From: a virus
Lineage: Duplodnaviria > Caudoviricetes
Strand: one strand, 5' to 3'
Length of the DNA: 64,000 bases
IMG/VR virus record: IMGVR_UViG_3300027766_000001
The first letter of the stretch is position 1. Each line of letters opens with the position of its first letter. Made by a program: the position numbers and the translations under genes. The notes beneath the pieces were generated by a model, which did not search any database, was not told the origin of the DNA, and saw only the letters and a list, made by a program, of their open reading frames with translations. Positions 35,379 to 46,600 of this stretch are shown here, piece by piece.

Positions 35379-38300
35379 TTAGTTACTGTACGTGCGCTTC
35401 ACGGAGATCCCTGGATTGCCTGCGCCCACAGGTGTCGACCGCACGGCACTGGTAGCTTGCTGTGGAGTCGGTGCTGCTGGAGTCGGTTGGGCTGCAGCCG
35501 GGGCCACGACCTCTTTCTCCGCCATCTGTTGGTTAGTGCCCGCAATCTTGTTCAGGGCCGCGATCATCTGATCGAGTTTCTCATTCGTGGTAGCCGTGTT
35601 CGCAGCGGTGGCCTTAACATGTGTATCATCCATTTCCATAGAAACTGGAACAGGCTGAACAGGTGCTGCAGGTTCGGGCTGGAGCTGTGGCTGCATCTCA
35701 GTCTTGTTGAGTACACTTGGATCGGCCGATGCCGTGGAGTCCGGTGCATTCGGTGTGACCGAGGCGGCGTTGTTGGTTGCAGTGGCGCTTGGACCTGCCG
35801 TGGACGACATGTCTGGCGGTGTGCTGCTTGGACCGGCGTTGGTGGTTGCACCAGGAGGAGGCGGTGCAGCTGCCGCAGCAGTTGCGCTGGTCGCCGCGGA
35901 CTTATCATCCGGTACTGCCCCTTCCTGTTTCGCTTGCTCTTGTGCAGACTGACCCATCATATCTTCCATGGTCGAGCCGCCATCCGACGTGGTGCCGGTG
36001 TCGCCCTTGTCCTTGCCAGAGAGGATGTCGTCGTACTGACCGCCGTCTAAGGTCTGCATGTACTGCTGAGCAAGTTTCTGGGTATCTTCCAACCCAATCG
36101 TGCCGCCGTTGACAATCTTACGCACCCCTGCTACGTCGCCAGCTTTCGCTTTCTGACTGATCGCCTTGTTGGCTTTCCAGAAGTAGAGCGCAGATGCTGC
36201 CGCCATCGTTGGGTCTTCCGCAATGATATCCGGATCATCTACCAGGTCCACACCCAGTGCTTTAGAAGCACGTGTGTAGTTGTCTTTACCCGTTAACTGG
36301 ATAAAGCCACGACCCCGGTATTTGTATCCATCACCTGGATTCTCGTTCCCCATGCGATTACCGTAAATGGTGTTCGCAATGGTGACCGGACCGCCACTGG
36401 CCACTTCCTGGGCTTTGGCTGCATTCGGGAACCGTTTCGGCCAGAGCTTCATTAACGTTTCAGGACGGTAACGTAAGTTCTCTTCCACATTCTTAAAGCC
36501 CCCGGTTTCATGGTGGGTGTTCGCCAACATGATCGCCAGTTCTTTCTTGTCTGTGATGCCGTTCTTCACCGCTTCACGAATCATGGCACGGGCACCCTCT
36601 TCGGTACCTGGACCCATCTTCAGCGGTTCAACCTTCCCGGTGCTGTCTAACCCACCGCCATCTTTCTTACCGACGCCATCAGGCATCTGACCGCCACCGT
36701 AAGCCCCATTGGTCTTACCGGTTGCTGGATCGTACGCGGTCTCTTGACGCTGAGAACTGCGCACCACCCCATCAGTACCTTTCACGGCGTTGGTGGTCTG
36801 CTGACCGGTGCTGTTATCCTTACGCCACTGTTTGTCAGTCGTACCATCCTCGCTTTGCTTCACACCCCCTTTAACTGGCTGGGCTTCGTACTGCGCCGTC
36901 TTCGCCAACTGTTTCAGGTTGTTGATGTGCATGTCGAGAATGGTGGCATCGGTATTGGAGGTATCCAAATCCGACCACGGACTGTCAGACACGGTCCAGA
37001 TGTTGAGGTCAGTGCGACCGTCATTGTACGTCTGGGCCGTCATGGCGTTGATGATCATCAGTTTGGTTTCTGGCGGTAACTTCATCGCACCCATGGTTGG
37101 CTTGTCATCACCTACCTGGTTGTACACCGTTGAAGCAAACGCCAAATACGCCGGCAGGAAACGACGCGAGAACCACTTCGACCAACTGTTAAACGAGAAC
37201 GAGGAGAGCCAGCCGTGACCAAACGAACTGGCCATGACATCAAACACCTCTTTCGTCTTACCGGTAAAGTGAACACCCCGACCGTTAAACGAGATCTTGT
37301 TCTGGATTACCAATTCCAATTGCAGCAAGGTCGAGACTTTGCTCACATCCAGATTCGGCAAACCGTAGATCTTCATTCGGGCAGCGGTTAAATCATCCAG
37401 CGCCTGACCTTTCGCTGGGAGTATGGACCCCAGGACGTCTTGCACGGAAACGATCGTTACCTCTTGCCCCCAACCTACGCCAATTTTGTGACCATCCAGA
37501 TCCACACCTTTCAACTTACCGCCATCGGCAGGACGAATGGCATCCACCACATCTTTGTCTACCAGCGTTGCACGTGCGCGGTTTTCATTACCGGTGAGTA
37601 CCAGTGAAGTCGACTTAGCATCCTTACTCGTGTTCTTCACTTCGGCCTTAAGCTGATCCACCACATTCTGTACTTCTTGCGTGGTTTCACGGTACCCGAG
37701 TGCTGGCTTGGTATTAAACAGCATACCTGACCAACGGTACGGATGATCAATTGACTCGTCAAACTGCTGACAGCGTTTGGCCATCTCATACTTCGCCGCA
37801 TTGTCCTTAGAGGAATCAAGATCAGCGAACTTGACACCCGGGAACATTTGCTTGGCAACCGCATAGTGCGTTAAGAACACCGGTTTGAAACGTTGCACGA
37901 ACCACCCACCAAACGCTTCCACTTCGTCACGGCTGTTCGGGTCTTCAATGAACGGTTTAGCCAACTCAGCCATTGGTGCTTTTGGATCGATCATGGCTTT
38001 ACCGGAATCCAGTATTTTTACATACGGCTCCAGTGCGGCTTCCAGGGCAAAGATCTTCCCAGTGTAGTCAGACTTGATGGAATCCAAGCCGTACTGGTAA
38101 AGACGCATCTGCTGGAGCAAACCCGGTGAGTTGATCCATTTGTAGATCGCAGCACCGACACTGCTACCCGCCAGTGCACCCAGTGCAGAACCTACCACTG
38201 CACCAATAGCGGTACCGACCACAGGCACAACAGAACCAATCGCAGCACCCATTGCCATGCCACCCAGTGCACCACCTGCAGCACCGCCCAATCCTTCCGC

Positions 38301-41300
38301 TACACCCAGACCGTCATCATCCTGCCAGGCTTGATAGGCTTCGAACCCACCCACTGCCAGTGACCCCACAATCGGGATACGCCGCGCCAGAGTTTTAGCC
38401 CCACCTTTCAACAGCCACGATGCACGACCTGCCATACGACCCGGCTCACCGAGAATTGCTTTCGCACCTCGACCCAGCACGTTCTTGGCAGTCCAGCGCA
38501 CAGCCCGGTTGATGATACCGCGTTTCTTCGGAGGACGACCCCCACGACCCCGACCGCGACGGTTACGACCACCGCGTTCCGGTGTGTCAACATCCGGCAC
38601 GTCATCCATGAGATCACCTGCGGCATCGAGGGCTTTCTTACCCATGAGCAGTTTGCCTAATCCACCGACAAGGGTTCCGACCCAGCCAAGCTTAAGAAAG
38701 TTTGCCAAGCCTGCGAGAATCCCGTACTTCTTAATCCCGCCGAAGAACCCTGAGACGCTGGTGAAGATCCCACCCAGCAGACCAAAGAGTGACGTGGGTT
38801 TTTCCTTAGGCTCACCATCCTTGTCAACCTTCTCTTTCTCAGGTTTCGCTTTCTTACGGCGAAGCTGATCCAGCCAGGAATTATCACGAACGCCATCGCC
38901 GTCTGAGTCACCACGGGTACCCTCCTTCTTCTTACGTAAGAAAGACCAGACTGCTTTCGCACCCTTAAAGCCGAGAATCGCCGGACCCAGGGTTGCCCAC
39001 TTAGTGACCGTGAACACACCGCTGGAATACATACGACCCAGACCAAAGGCTTTGGCAAGCTTACTGGCTTCGCGTCCTTTCATGCGATCACCCAACGACT
39101 TCAAGAACCCTTTACGTTCCTGGATGCCGTTGTTGATGACATTCGGGTCACCGGTGATCTGTGCCATGGTGGCGTCTTTCGCTGCACTGACCTGGTCACG
39201 GGTAGACGCAGTGATGCTAATCAGCTCACGGAGCAAGTCATTTTGCTCACCGGCTAATACCACCTCCGGTGCGGGCTCTTCCGATGCCTGGATTGCCTCA
39301 GGTTCAACAACCGGTACACGCGTTGGTTTGGCACCATCAACGATCGGTGTTTGAGACTGATCAAGGTTGACACCCACACCACTGCGCAAACTGGTGATGC
39401 TTAATCCGTCGAGTTGCTTTTGCAAAGACTGTACAATGAACGCGCCCCGTTTCTGTGCAGCATCGTACGCCTCTTGGCCCATCTCTTCTGGATCAAGATT
39501 GTGCAGCTGCTCTTTCACCTGGCGAATCATATCGGCCGTACGTTCTTTGATCCTGGCAATGCTGACATGGACAACATGCTCGTCACCGCTACCTTGCAGC
39601 ATCCGTAGCTCATCGACCATGGCATCGTACTTGTCGCTGCAATCGGCGTAAAACTTGCTGAGCGCATCGTTAGTCATGCTGGCACGTAGACGTTCGGTTG
39701 CGGCAGCACCAATCCCTTTACCCCGATTCAGGATGTCATCGACTTTGCTCTTCGCTTTGTCCATACCACCTGAGAGACCCAGGTCTTCGGCTTTGCCTTT
39801 TACCTTGTCCGCCAGATCACTGGCTGCGCCTTTCACTTTCTCCTTGGCTTTGTCTTTGAGATCATCCACAGCACCCGTATCAATACGGTCTTTCAACGGG
39901 GCAGGGCCTTCGTCTTCGGCATCAGGACGGAAGTTCGGGTTGCTGATGAATTTCTCCATCATCTTCCAATACATGTCATGGTTGAAGACTTCCTGACCAT
40001 TGACACGCTGGATAATCCCCATCTCCTTCAGCATGGCGCGCTGACCACCGTTGGCCAGTGCGTTGACGGAGTCCTGCACGTTAGGCATGTAGTTCTGCTG
40101 GGACTGCATGTTTGTTGCGACACGCTTACGCAGGTCAGCCACATCCGCACTGTCACCAATCTGGTACTTACCTAACAGCTTCGCCTTACCGGTGGCTTCC
40201 TTGGTATCGAAACGTTTGTGCAGGAAATCATTGATCTCCCGAATCGTCTCTTTACTGGCGTTGATCCAACCCGACTCCGTGAGATAGTTGTTGATGTTAA
40301 AACCATCGCCGGCATCCGCATCACGGGCAAAGCGCATCGCAAGTGCGACACGGGCATTGGCCGAGAGTTCTTCATCCGGGTCGATGGCTTCGACCATGCC
40401 GTTAAAGGAACCGGCGGCGGACTGGAACTCACTGCGGTTAAAGATGCTGGCACGGATATCTGCTTTGACACGGGCCTTGGAGGTAAACGCACCCTGACGG
40501 TGGTTAAAGGCTTGTTCCGGTTTGGCTTCCCCACCCCACACTTCGTACAGTTTCTGTTGCACGCTGAGCTGTTGAGTTAACAGACCCGGAATGACTTCCA
40601 CGATCGAGCGACGGGTCATCATGTCAAACTGCGCCGGCTGCATCAGGTCCTTGATACCAGGCGTGGTAACACGGGTCTTGTTGCCTTGCGTAACCGGGAT
40701 GTTAAACAGGGCGTTGTTCATCAGGGGATTCAGCACCCCTTTCTGCAGACGCGTGTACCATTTGTTGTTCGGGTCGAATTCGTTGTAGAACTCGTCGAAC
40801 TGTTGACGGTTACGTAACCAACCATTGATCAGACCCGGTGCTGACTCGGCGTAGTAGCTGAGGTTGTGACCCAAGCCATTAGCCCGCGGGTTACGCTCCA
40901 TACGGCTACGCATCAGCTGCTGTAACAAGAACGGGGCTGCACTGGCAAGCATACCGCCGGCAATCCGTCCTTTATTACCTGCACCACGGGTCATGCCTGA
41001 CATCCGGGCTTGCTGCATCGAGCGCATGGCCGCACCCAATCCTGCGGCACCGGCTGACCAACGATGGTTCCCGTTCTGCGACATGTTGTCGACCATGTTG
41101 TACACAGAGTCGAACAAGTGGTTACCGTAGCGCGATACCGTGGCACCGATCTTACCTGTCCCGTATGCCTTGTTCACCAACTTCTGGTGATTAGGGGATT
41201 TATGGGCTTTCTCCAGGTCCGTCATGGCCGAGTTAGAGATCATGTTTGAGAAGGCTTCGAGCGAGCGTTTGTAATACTGCTCTTGCATCTTCGCAATCGA

Positions 41301-42026
41301 GATGTCCAACTTATAATGACGATACTGCAGTTCCAATGATCGGCGTTGGAAGGTCGAGGTAATGGTTTCGGTGTGACCAACCAGACGACGCTGCATGGTC
41401 AGGATCTGATCTAACAGAACCGCCTGCTTCGCGTCACCCTTTTGATTGGCCACGGCACCGGCTGCCAGAGTCGCCAGGAGTTCCTGGTGTTGGGCTTGTG
41501 ACAACTCTGCATTGGCAGCGGCACCGTGTGTCATGGCGTCGAGGAGATCACTGGTGTCAGCGTCCACGTCAAGCTTCTGCCCGTCTTCGGTGACGTAGTC
41601 CTGCCAGCTGGTATCAGACGATGAGGCGTTGGCCCAATCTTCTAATCGTTTTGCAAGCTTTGCAGGAACCTTGTTACCGTACAGGCCGAGGGCTTCACGG
41701 GTGAGTTCACGGAACTCGTACACCGTCTCTTTGGTGTTCTCCCGGACTTTATCGTATAGGTCATCTTTAAACCGTAAGGTACGGTCAACTGTATCCAATG
41801 CCGGACCATACGAACGCGGAAGCATGGATTTGATCAGGCGTTGCGGGACACCGTAACCCGTTAACTCTGTGGTAACTCCCTCCCACAGACCCGACGCAAA
41901 TTCTCTAATTACGTCGCCTTTCTTTTTGGCTTTCTTCGCACCCGAATTGGACGACTCGCCGAAGTCATAATCCAGATCGTAGTCAGGTGAGAAGTCACCA
42001 AAACTTAAATCGAAATCGTTAGCCAT
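35379..42026 (-). CDS. Giant tail/tape-measure protein with GH19 lysozyme-chitinase domain (phiKZ gp181-like)
   Basis: 2215 aa; MLANTHHETGGF, GDGYKYRGRGFIQLTGKDNY; Gly-zipper hydrophobic segment; divergent from vRNAP beta'. Confidence 0.85.
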   Translation of the reverse strand: MANDFDLSFGDFSPDYDLDYDFGESSNSGAKKAKKKGDVIREFASGLWEGVTTELTGYGVPQRLIKSMLPRSYGPALDTVDRTLRFKDDLYDKVRENTKETVYEFRELTREALGLYGNKVPAKLAKRLEDWANASSSDTSWQDYVTEDGQKLDVDADTSDLLDAMTHGAAANAELSQAQHQELLATLAAGAVANQKGDAKQAVLLDQILTMQRRLVGHTETITSTFQRRSLELQYRHYKLDISIAKMQEQYYKRSLEAFSNMISNSAMTDLEKAHKSPNHQKLVNKAYGTGKIGATVSRYGNHLFDSVYNMVDNMSQNGNHRWSAGAAGLGAAMRSMQQARMSGMTRGAGNKGRIAGGMLASAAPFLLQQLMRSRMERNPRANGLGHNLSYYAESAPGLINGWLRNRQQFDEFYNEFDPNNKWYTRLQKGVLNPLMNNALFNIPVTQGNKTRVTTPGIKDLMQPAQFDMMTRRSIVEVIPGLLTQQLSVQQKLYEVWGGEAKPEQAFNHRQGAFTSKARVKADIRASIFNRSEFQSAAGSFNGMVEAIDPDEELSANARVALAMRFARDADAGDGFNINNYLTESGWINASKETIREINDFLHKRFDTKEATGKAKLLGKYQIGDSADVADLRKRVATNMQSQQNYMPNVQDSVNALANGGQRAMLKEMGIIQRVNGQEVFNHDMYWKMMEKFISNPNFRPDAEDEGPAPLKDRIDTGAVDDLKDKAKEKVKGAASDLADKVKGKAEDLGLSGGMDKAKSKVDDILNRGKGIGAAATERLRASMTNDALSKFYADCSDKYDAMVDELRMLQGSGDEHVVHVSIARIKERTADMIRQVKEQLHNLDPEEMGQEAYDAAQKRGAFIVQSLQKQLDGLSITSLRSGVGVNLDQSQTPIVDGAKPTRVPVVEPEAIQASEEPAPEVVLAGEQNDLLRELISITASTRDQVSAAKDATMAQITGDPNVINNGIQERKGFLKSLGDRMKGREASKLAKAFGLGRMYSSGVFTVTKWATLGPAILGFKGAKAVWSFLRKKKEGTRGDSDGDGVRDNSWLDQLRRKKAKPEKEKVDKDGEPKEKPTSLFGLLGGIFTSVSGFFGGIKKYGILAGLANFLKLGWVGTLVGGLGKLLMGKKALDAAGDLMDDVPDVDTPERGGRNRRGRGRGGRPPKKRGIINRAVRWTAKNVLGRGAKAILGEPGRMAGRASWLLKGGAKTLARRIPIVGSLAVGGFEAYQAWQDDDGLGVAEGLGGAAGGALGGMAMGAAIGSVVPVVGTAIGAVVGSALGALAGSSVGAAIYKWINSPGLLQQMRLYQYGLDSIKSDYTGKIFALEAALEPYVKILDSGKAMIDPKAPMAELAKPFIEDPNSRDEVEAFGGWFVQRFKPVFLTHYAVAKQMFPGVKFADLDSSKDNAAKYEMAKRCQQFDESIDHPYRWSGMLFNTKPALGYRETTQEVQNVVDQLKAEVKNTSKDAKSTSLVLTGNENRARATLVDKDVVDAIRPADGGKLKGVDLDGHKIGVGWGQEVTIVSVQDVLGSILPAKGQALDDLTAARMKIYGLPNLDVSKVSTLLQLELVIQNKISFNGRGVHFTGKTKEVFDVMASSFGHGWLSSFSFNSWSKWFSRRFLPAYLAFASTVYNQVGDDKPTMGAMKLPPETKLMIINAMTAQTYNDGRTDLNIWTVSDSPWSDLDTSNTDATILDMHINNLKQLAKTAQYEAQPVKGGVKQSEDGTTDKQWRKDNSTGQQTTNAVKGTDGVVRSSQRQETAYDPATGKTNGAYGGGQMPDGVGKKDGGGLDSTGKVEPLKMGPGTEEGARAMIREAVKNGITDKKELAIMLANTHHETGGFKNVEENLRYRPETLMKLWPKRFPNAAKAQEVASGGPVTIANTIYGNRMGNENPGDGYKYRGRGFIQLTGKDNYTRASKALGVDLVDDPDIIAEDPTMAAASALYFWKANKAISQKAKAGDVAGVRKIVNGGTIGLEDTQKLAQQYMQTLDGGQYDDILSGKDKGDTGTTSDGGSTMEDMMGQSAQEQAKQEGAVPDDKSAATSATAAAAAPPPPGATTNAGPSSTPPDMSSTAGPSATATNNAASVTPNAPDSTASADPSVLNKTEMQPQLQPEPAAPVQPVPVSMEMDDTHVKATAANTATTNEKLDQMIAALNKIAGTNQQMAEKEVVAPAAAQPTPAAPTPQQATSAVRSTPVGAGNPGISVKRTYSN

Positions 42027-42064
42027 TTGAACACCCTTTTACGTGACTAATAAAGGACACCATT

Positions 42065-43681
42065 ATGCGATCGGCTATGCTGCCTTTTAACATTGAATTA
42101 ACCAACCCGCAGCGTATTCCGTGGGCGATGATGCGACCGGTAACGTCGTTGGATATTTACGACGGCCTCACCACCGACCTCAACGACAGCGGTTTATACT
42201 CCATCCCGATCTTCGGTCGTGTGGGTTCCGAGGAACGTGACGAGCGTTTCAGTTACATCCACATTAAAAGTTCTGTTTTCCACCCAGAGATGTTTAAGAG
42301 CATCGTGGCTTTGAAACAGATGTACGCCGGTATCCTTTCGGGTAACACATACGCGGTGTGGGATGAAAATGAAAAGGACTTCATAAAATCATCCGCACTT
42401 GAGGGTCAAACCGGTTTTGCCTTCTTTGTCCAGCACTGGAAAGACATCGAATTCAAAGAGACCGGATCCCCTAAGCGCAGTGATAAGATAAAGCTGGTGA
42501 ACAAATACAAAGACCGCGCGATGCACCGTAACATCCTGGTGCTGCCAGCGGGTCTGCGTGAAATCCAGATTGATGAACGCGGTCGGACCGTTGAGAACGA
42601 AGTCAACGATATGTACCGTAAGCTGTTAAGCGCCGCTAACACCATCACAGACGATCCCGAGCTTGCAAACGGGAGTTTGTATGACACGGCGCGTTGGACG
42701 CTTCAGAATCGGTTTAACGAGCTCTACGAGTACTATGCCGGGATGCTGTCCGGTAAGCGTGGCTTACTGCAACAGAAGTGGGGCAGTCGTCGTGTGTTCA
42801 ACGGCACGCGTAACGTCATCACCGCGGTACAGTTAGGCACAGCGACACTGGGGTCAAAGACAGCACCGGATATCAACGATACCCGTATTGGTCTGTACCA
42901 GTTAATCCGTGGTGCACTGCCGCTGACCATTCACCTCCTGCAAACCGGTTGGCTATCGCAAGTCTTCTCCTCGGGTACCCTGGCTCGTCTGATTGATCGT
43001 AAGACGTTGAAAAGCAGTGATGTCGAAATCGATGTCACGACGCTCACCAAGTGGACCACGCAAGAGGGCCTTGAGAAACTGATCAACGGTTTTCGTGACT
43101 CCACACTTCGCAATAAGCCCATTACCGTCAACGGGTACTATTTAGGCTTAGTGTATAGTGATGCGTCGACCTTTAAGATCTTTGGTGATATCGACGAGTT
43201 GCCGGCGAACTTCGATAAGAAGAACGTACACCCAATGACCTACACCGAGTTGATGTACCTCTCGGGTTACAAGCGTTGGAACGAACTCTACATGTTGGTG
43301 GTGCGTTATCCGATCACTGGCATGGGCTCGGTTTACCAGACCAAGGCGTATTGCTGCACCACGTTGAAGTCGTCCATTAAACAGGAACGTGATGAGTACT
43401 GGGAGCCGATCGATGGCGCCTATGCTATTGAGTTCCCAACGAATGAACGTGAAGCGGAGTTCATGGAATCCCTCTCGATGCATGCGTCCCGTATGGGTCT
43501 GCTGGGTGCGGACCATGATGGCGACACCTGTGGCGCAACGGTGCTGCTAGGTGACGATGTGCTGCGTGAATGCCGAGAGTCGTTAGCGAAACGAGAAACG
43601 TACATCACAGGTCGTGGTGAGTTCCTGATTGACTTAACCAACGATACCCTGGATTTCGTATTAAAAGCTCTTACCAGCTAA
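42065..43681 (+). CDS. rpoC: Virion RNA polymerase beta' subunit with catalytic DxDGD (phiKZ gp180-like)
   Basis: YSIPIFG, LSGKRGLL...SRRVFNGTRNVIT, VVRYPIT, LGADHDGD. Confidence 0.92.
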   Translation: MRSAMLPFNIELTNPQRIPWAMMRPVTSLDIYDGLTTDLNDSGLYSIPIFGRVGSEERDERFSYIHIKSSVFHPEMFKSIVALKQMYAGILSGNTYAVWDENEKDFIKSSALEGQTGFAFFVQHWKDIEFKETGSPKRSDKIKLVNKYKDRAMHRNILVLPAGLREIQIDERGRTVENEVNDMYRKLLSAANTITDDPELANGSLYDTARWTLQNRFNELYEYYAGMLSGKRGLLQQKWGSRRVFNGTRNVITAVQLGTATLGSKTAPDINDTRIGLYQLIRGALPLTIHLLQTGWLSQVFSSGTLARLIDRKTLKSSDVEIDVTTLTKWTTQEGLEKLINGFRDSTLRNKPITVNGYYLGLVYSDASTFKIFGDIDELPANFDKKNVHPMTYTELMYLSGYKRWNELYMLVVRYPITGMGSVYQTKAYCCTTLKSSIKQERDEYWEPIDGAYAIEFPTNEREAEFMESLSMHASRMGLLGADHDGDTCGATVLLGDDVLRECRESLAKRETYITGRGEFLIDLTNDTLDFVLKALTS

Positions 43682-43691
43682 GGGACCCTTT

Positions 43692-46600
43692 ATGATTTTG
43701 TATAATAGCTTCTTTCGTAAGATCTGTGTGCGAAAGAAAGAGCACGTGTTCAGTCCGCACTTCTTTCCGATGGCGGACTTTGAATTACCCCGTGGTGCAC
43801 TCCTGCACTACGTGCCGTCTGATCTAACCGAATACGGCATTGAGCAGAACGACCTGCTGATTAACAAGTACAGCGATGACGTCTATATTGACCACGTGCG
43901 TCAGATCAAAACGCCACTGGGCAACCCCCAGGTCAAGACGTTGTCCTTGAACAACATGATCAAGCAGTACCACAACCGCCATAAACGTTTCAAGCTGGTC
44001 CGTAACATTGCGTCCGTGATGTCAAACCAGCGTTACTGTATTGTTGAAAACTACGCGATGGCGCAACACCAGTTGACCTATCGTCCAGCGATGTTCGTGA
44101 ACTACTTCCGCTGGTACAACATGCAGTACACCGTGATGGAGCGGATGACCAACATCCAGAAAGAGTCTGACCGTAACCAGTTCATCTATTTACAGATGCC
44201 GGCGTCACTGCCTCAGCTGTCACAGCTGCGCGTCTATGATGAACGTATGGCCAAAGGGCTCGACAAGATTCAAGGTGTCGGTAACGAAGCCTTTATGGAC
44301 GGTGTACCGGTTACCCAGTGGTACGGTGCAGGTCTTGAGTCACTGGATGATTACGATCAGGGCATGTTGATTGACGTGGCATTGGAAGCGTTTGAAGATA
44401 CCCGTGATTCGTATTACGGTGCATCGGACCAAGCGTGGGAGCCAGGTGCGCGTATCAGTAACCAGGATGGACGTCTGCTGGATACGTTAGTGCGCATGGC
44501 CACCGGGAATGAGGTCTACCTGATCCCTGACACACTGCCACATTACGAACCACTGCTGACCGATCTGTCAGCCGGTATGGAAGCATTGGCTGCGTTCCAG
44601 TCTCGTGTCATGCGCTTTAAACCTGAGCTGCAGATGTCGGTGATGAACCGTCTGCGCACGGCGAACGATTACTGGTTCATTCACTTCTGGCTATGGTTAG
44701 GGAGCAACCGTGAAGCGTCACTGTTCAGTATGCTGGACCATGATCCAAAACAGCTGGAGAAGATCCACCTGGTATTTGGTAACGTGGGTGCGTACACTGT
44801 GGTACGTCTTGATGTCATTGAAAGATGGCGTGAAGAAATCCTGAAACAGTCAAAGGGCAACAACGGTCTGGATAACTTCCGCAAGCACATGCTGAAGTTC
44901 ATGACCAAGCTCTTTGAAGTGAAAACGGGTGGCACGTCAATCAGTGACAGCGATGAACAACCTGAAGTGATTGAAGCCATTGCTCCGCCAGTAGAGGCGC
45001 AACCCACTGAAGGCGCTGAACCTGATACTGACGAAGAAGAAGCACCGGCACCGGTGGCGAAGTCTACCAATGTCTTTGGTGTGGACATTCCTTCACTGGA
45101 TGAACCGGAACCGGCTAAACCCATCGTGACGGCCAAGCCGAAAACCGAAGAAGGGGACGAACCACTTTCAGATATTGAAGTCTACGAACAACGTAGCTTT
45201 GGTGATGAGATTGCGGACGATGAGTTCAACCATGACCGTGAAGGCCGGGTTGCGCAAGTGGTTCCCAATAACAACGTGGAAGCGAAACCTGAAGACGGTG
45301 TGTTGGCGCAGGTGGAAGTACTGGCAGATGCAGGCATGCTCTCGGCGGCTGAGTACAAACGTTTCCAACGTCTGGCTGAGCAGTACAAGAACATCCCTAA
45401 CCCAGTCGGTCCGGGTACACTGGCAGATCTCATGAAGATCGACCCTTCTGTCCTGACGGATCTCTCAGGTGGGGAGGCGCCTGACTCGGTCAGTATCCTG
45501 AATAAAGGCATGCTGAGTACCTGTCTGGTTAACCTGGACAAGAACTACATCAAGAACGTACTCGAATCGGATATTGCGAACGCCGTGATGTCAGTGATGG
45601 GTGCGGGTGTAGCGGTACTGGATTACCAGCGTGAAGAGAAGCAGGATGCGGTCACGGCCTACGTGGTGTACGCGGTACAGGTTCAGCCGGTGGGTGGCAA
45701 AGTCAGCACGATTCGTTTCCGTGTACCGAAGCTCGAAGAAGACGGCACCACCATGGTGAACAACGTCAAGAGCCGTGTGCGTAAACAGCGTGTGGATATT
45801 CCTATCCGTAAGGTGTCCTCGACCAAAGTCTCCATGACCTCTTATTACGGTAAGAGTTTCATGACCCGTTCTGAGAAGGCGGTGCATGACTACGGTAAAT
45901 GGCTGGGCAATCGCATTAACCTGATGTCACTGGCTAACCCAAGTGACTCGACGTATGTACCGCCGGTGTCCAACCTGGTGATCGGCCGTTACTTCGTTTC
46001 CAGTGTGCGCGTACCTCACACCTACGCCGTGATCTCTCAGCGTTATAAAGGCTTCGATTACCAGGGCATCTCTTTCCTGTTCTCCGTCAAACAAGCGAAA
46101 GCCCAGTTTGGTGAAGAGCTGTGGGATCGTTACTACGGTAACAAGCTGGTGATCTGTGGTCATCAAAATGGTAGCCCGGTATTGATGGATGATTCCGGTG
46201 CGCTGTATCTGGCCAACGGGGATTCACTGGAGCAGCTCGGCGACTTCGAAACCTTCTTAGGATTAGATGCCGCGAAAGCGCCGGTGGAGACGGTGGAACT
46301 GCAGGTCTTCCGTAAAGCTATTCCGGTGGGCGTGATTCTGTCCTACTACTACGGCTTGTCGGTGATGATCGAACAGCTGCAGTTGCAGGTGCGTATTGCC
46401 CAACGTGGTGAACGTCTGAACCTGACGGCGGATGAACGCACTGTGACCTTTAACGATGAGGTCCTGATCTTCAACCGCAGTGATCGCTTTGCTGCCATGC
46501 TCTTAAACGGGTTCAACTATTACGACAAAGAAGTGCAGCGTTTTAGCCGCTATGACTTTGACCGTAAATCCGTGTACTCCAACTTACTGGCATCTGCCGG

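Noticed and set aside
35457-39651. Many + strand ORFs of 60-200 aa opposite the giant tail gene
   Set aside because: Shadows of a 2215-aa minus-strand gene; no RBS or coherent motifs.
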